Shown in pieces: positions 63,200-64,000 of a DNA stretch of 64,000 bases. The notes under the pieces were generated by a model. The model was not told the origin of the DNA. It saw nothing but the letters and a program-made list of their open reading frames with translations, and did not search any database. The translations under genes were made by a program, and so were the position numbers. Each line of letters opens with the position of its first letter. The stretch's first letter is position 1. The stretch lies in sequence record MZ422438.1. One strand, written 5' to 3'.

Positions 63200-63722
63200 T
63201 AAGTCGGCTAAATTAAATTCTTATTATAATTCCCAATTTTGTGTTTCCACATTGGTTAAATAGCAGGACTATATCATAACCTATAATATTATAGGTCCCT
63301 CGTACTTCCCTTTCGGTACTCTACTTGCTTCGTATAGATATCTCAATCTATCTTATTCACCATATAGGTGTTACATTTATTATTTGCTTTCGATAGTCTC
63401 TGAACGTTCACCCATCAAGTGGGAGCTTCGCTGCTAGATTTTCCATTAGTCCACCCTTAGCACTACGTTTTCTAAGGTTCACATTATTACTTCACTTAGA
63501 CACTGATAGGTTTTATTTCAGCTTAGGTAATCTTAAAGAGTTTTTTCTGTCTTTCGACTGCATTCACGCTTACCGTTACCAGTTACGTTGTAGCCCTTTA
63601 AGCTTTAGGAGTTTACAAGCAATTCACAAGGTTTCGCATACATCTTTACAGATATATGGGAGTTTTGAATACAGGTTAATTTAATTTATATTTTAAACTA
63701 AACTCATTTAAAATCAATTAAA
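63200..63722 (-). ncRNA. Group I intron ribozyme core
   Basis: P AATTGCTTGTAAACTCC (63608-63624), Q AATCTAGCAG (63431-63440), R GTTCAGAGACTA (63394-63405), S ATGATATAGTCC (63266-63277); P7 pairs GACTA/TAGTC. Confidence 0.9.
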
Positions 63723-63749
63723 CCATTACTGCTTCTTTTCTCCACTTTT

Positions 63750-64000
63750 TTATTTTATTATAATTGAAAGTACATTGTCATTTTCAATAATACAATCGAA
63801 TTCTTCGATAAAGGTATACATCTTAATATAATCTTTACATGAATCAAGATCAATATAATTATTAAATTTTAAGGATACTTTTTTAAATTGTCTAATTTCT
63901 TCATCTTTGGAAGTATTGTTAAATCCTTTGATGATATTAAATGAAAATTTCTCTTCAAGATCATATAGTAGTAAATTAAGCTTTAATCCGAATTCAGAAT
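63750..64000 (-). CDS. Hypothetical protein, 3' end (partial)
   Basis: Open frame SEFGLKLNLL...NVLSIIIK* ending in TAA at 63750-63752. Confidence 0.6.
   Translation of the reverse strand, partial: SEFGLKLNLLLYDLEEKFSFNIIKGFNNTSKDEEIRQFKKVSLKFNNYIDLDSCKDYIKMYTFIEEFDCIIENDNVLSIIIK

Larger units (their letters stand above)
61286..63722 (-). mobile_element. IS607-family IStron (group I intron + tnpA + tnpB)
   Basis: Left junction gtaaTGG|tttaattg (63723/63722) and right junction gcagcgTGG|aaaag (61286/61285). Excision restores ATG GAA AAG TGT ATG in the chaperonin frame. Confidence 0.85.

Noticed and set aside
63740-63746. Alternative IStron left end at aaaagTGG|agaaaag
   Set aside because: It is possible, but the aaTGG|ttt junction restores an in-frame ATG with its RBS and was preferred; not excluded without an empty-site allele.

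Overview
Very AT-rich segment of a jumbo myovirus of the AR9/PBS1 (phiKZ-related) type that infects a Firmicute; this is inferred from gene content and synteny. It carries split multisubunit RNA polymerase beta-subunit genes, RecA/UvsX, gyrB-gyrA, a GH25-SH3-LysM endolysin, tail and baseplate genes, an SbcD-like nuclease, a DnaB-like helicase, a probable sigma-like nvRNAP specificity subunit and a GroEL-like chaperonin. Three unusual elements stand out. (1) 18051-26103 is a reverse transcriptase locus. Two retron-like RTs with long N-terminal extensions are each followed by a paralogous partner protein, and the two modules flank a ~1.2 kb non-coding array. The array has four near-identical 38-bp repeats plus probable decayed copies, each preceded by a different GC-rich hairpin, and no cas genes. 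(2) An ORF-less group II intron (4274-4899) splits an RNAP beta C-terminal gene. (3) An IS607-type IStron (group I ribozyme + tnpA + tnpB, 61286-63722) sits in the apparent start codon of the chaperonin gene. The sequence is noisy (an N-run, several frameshifts and in-frame stops in conserved genes), so gene breaks should be read cautiously. All family assignments come from motif recognition by eye; no searches were run.
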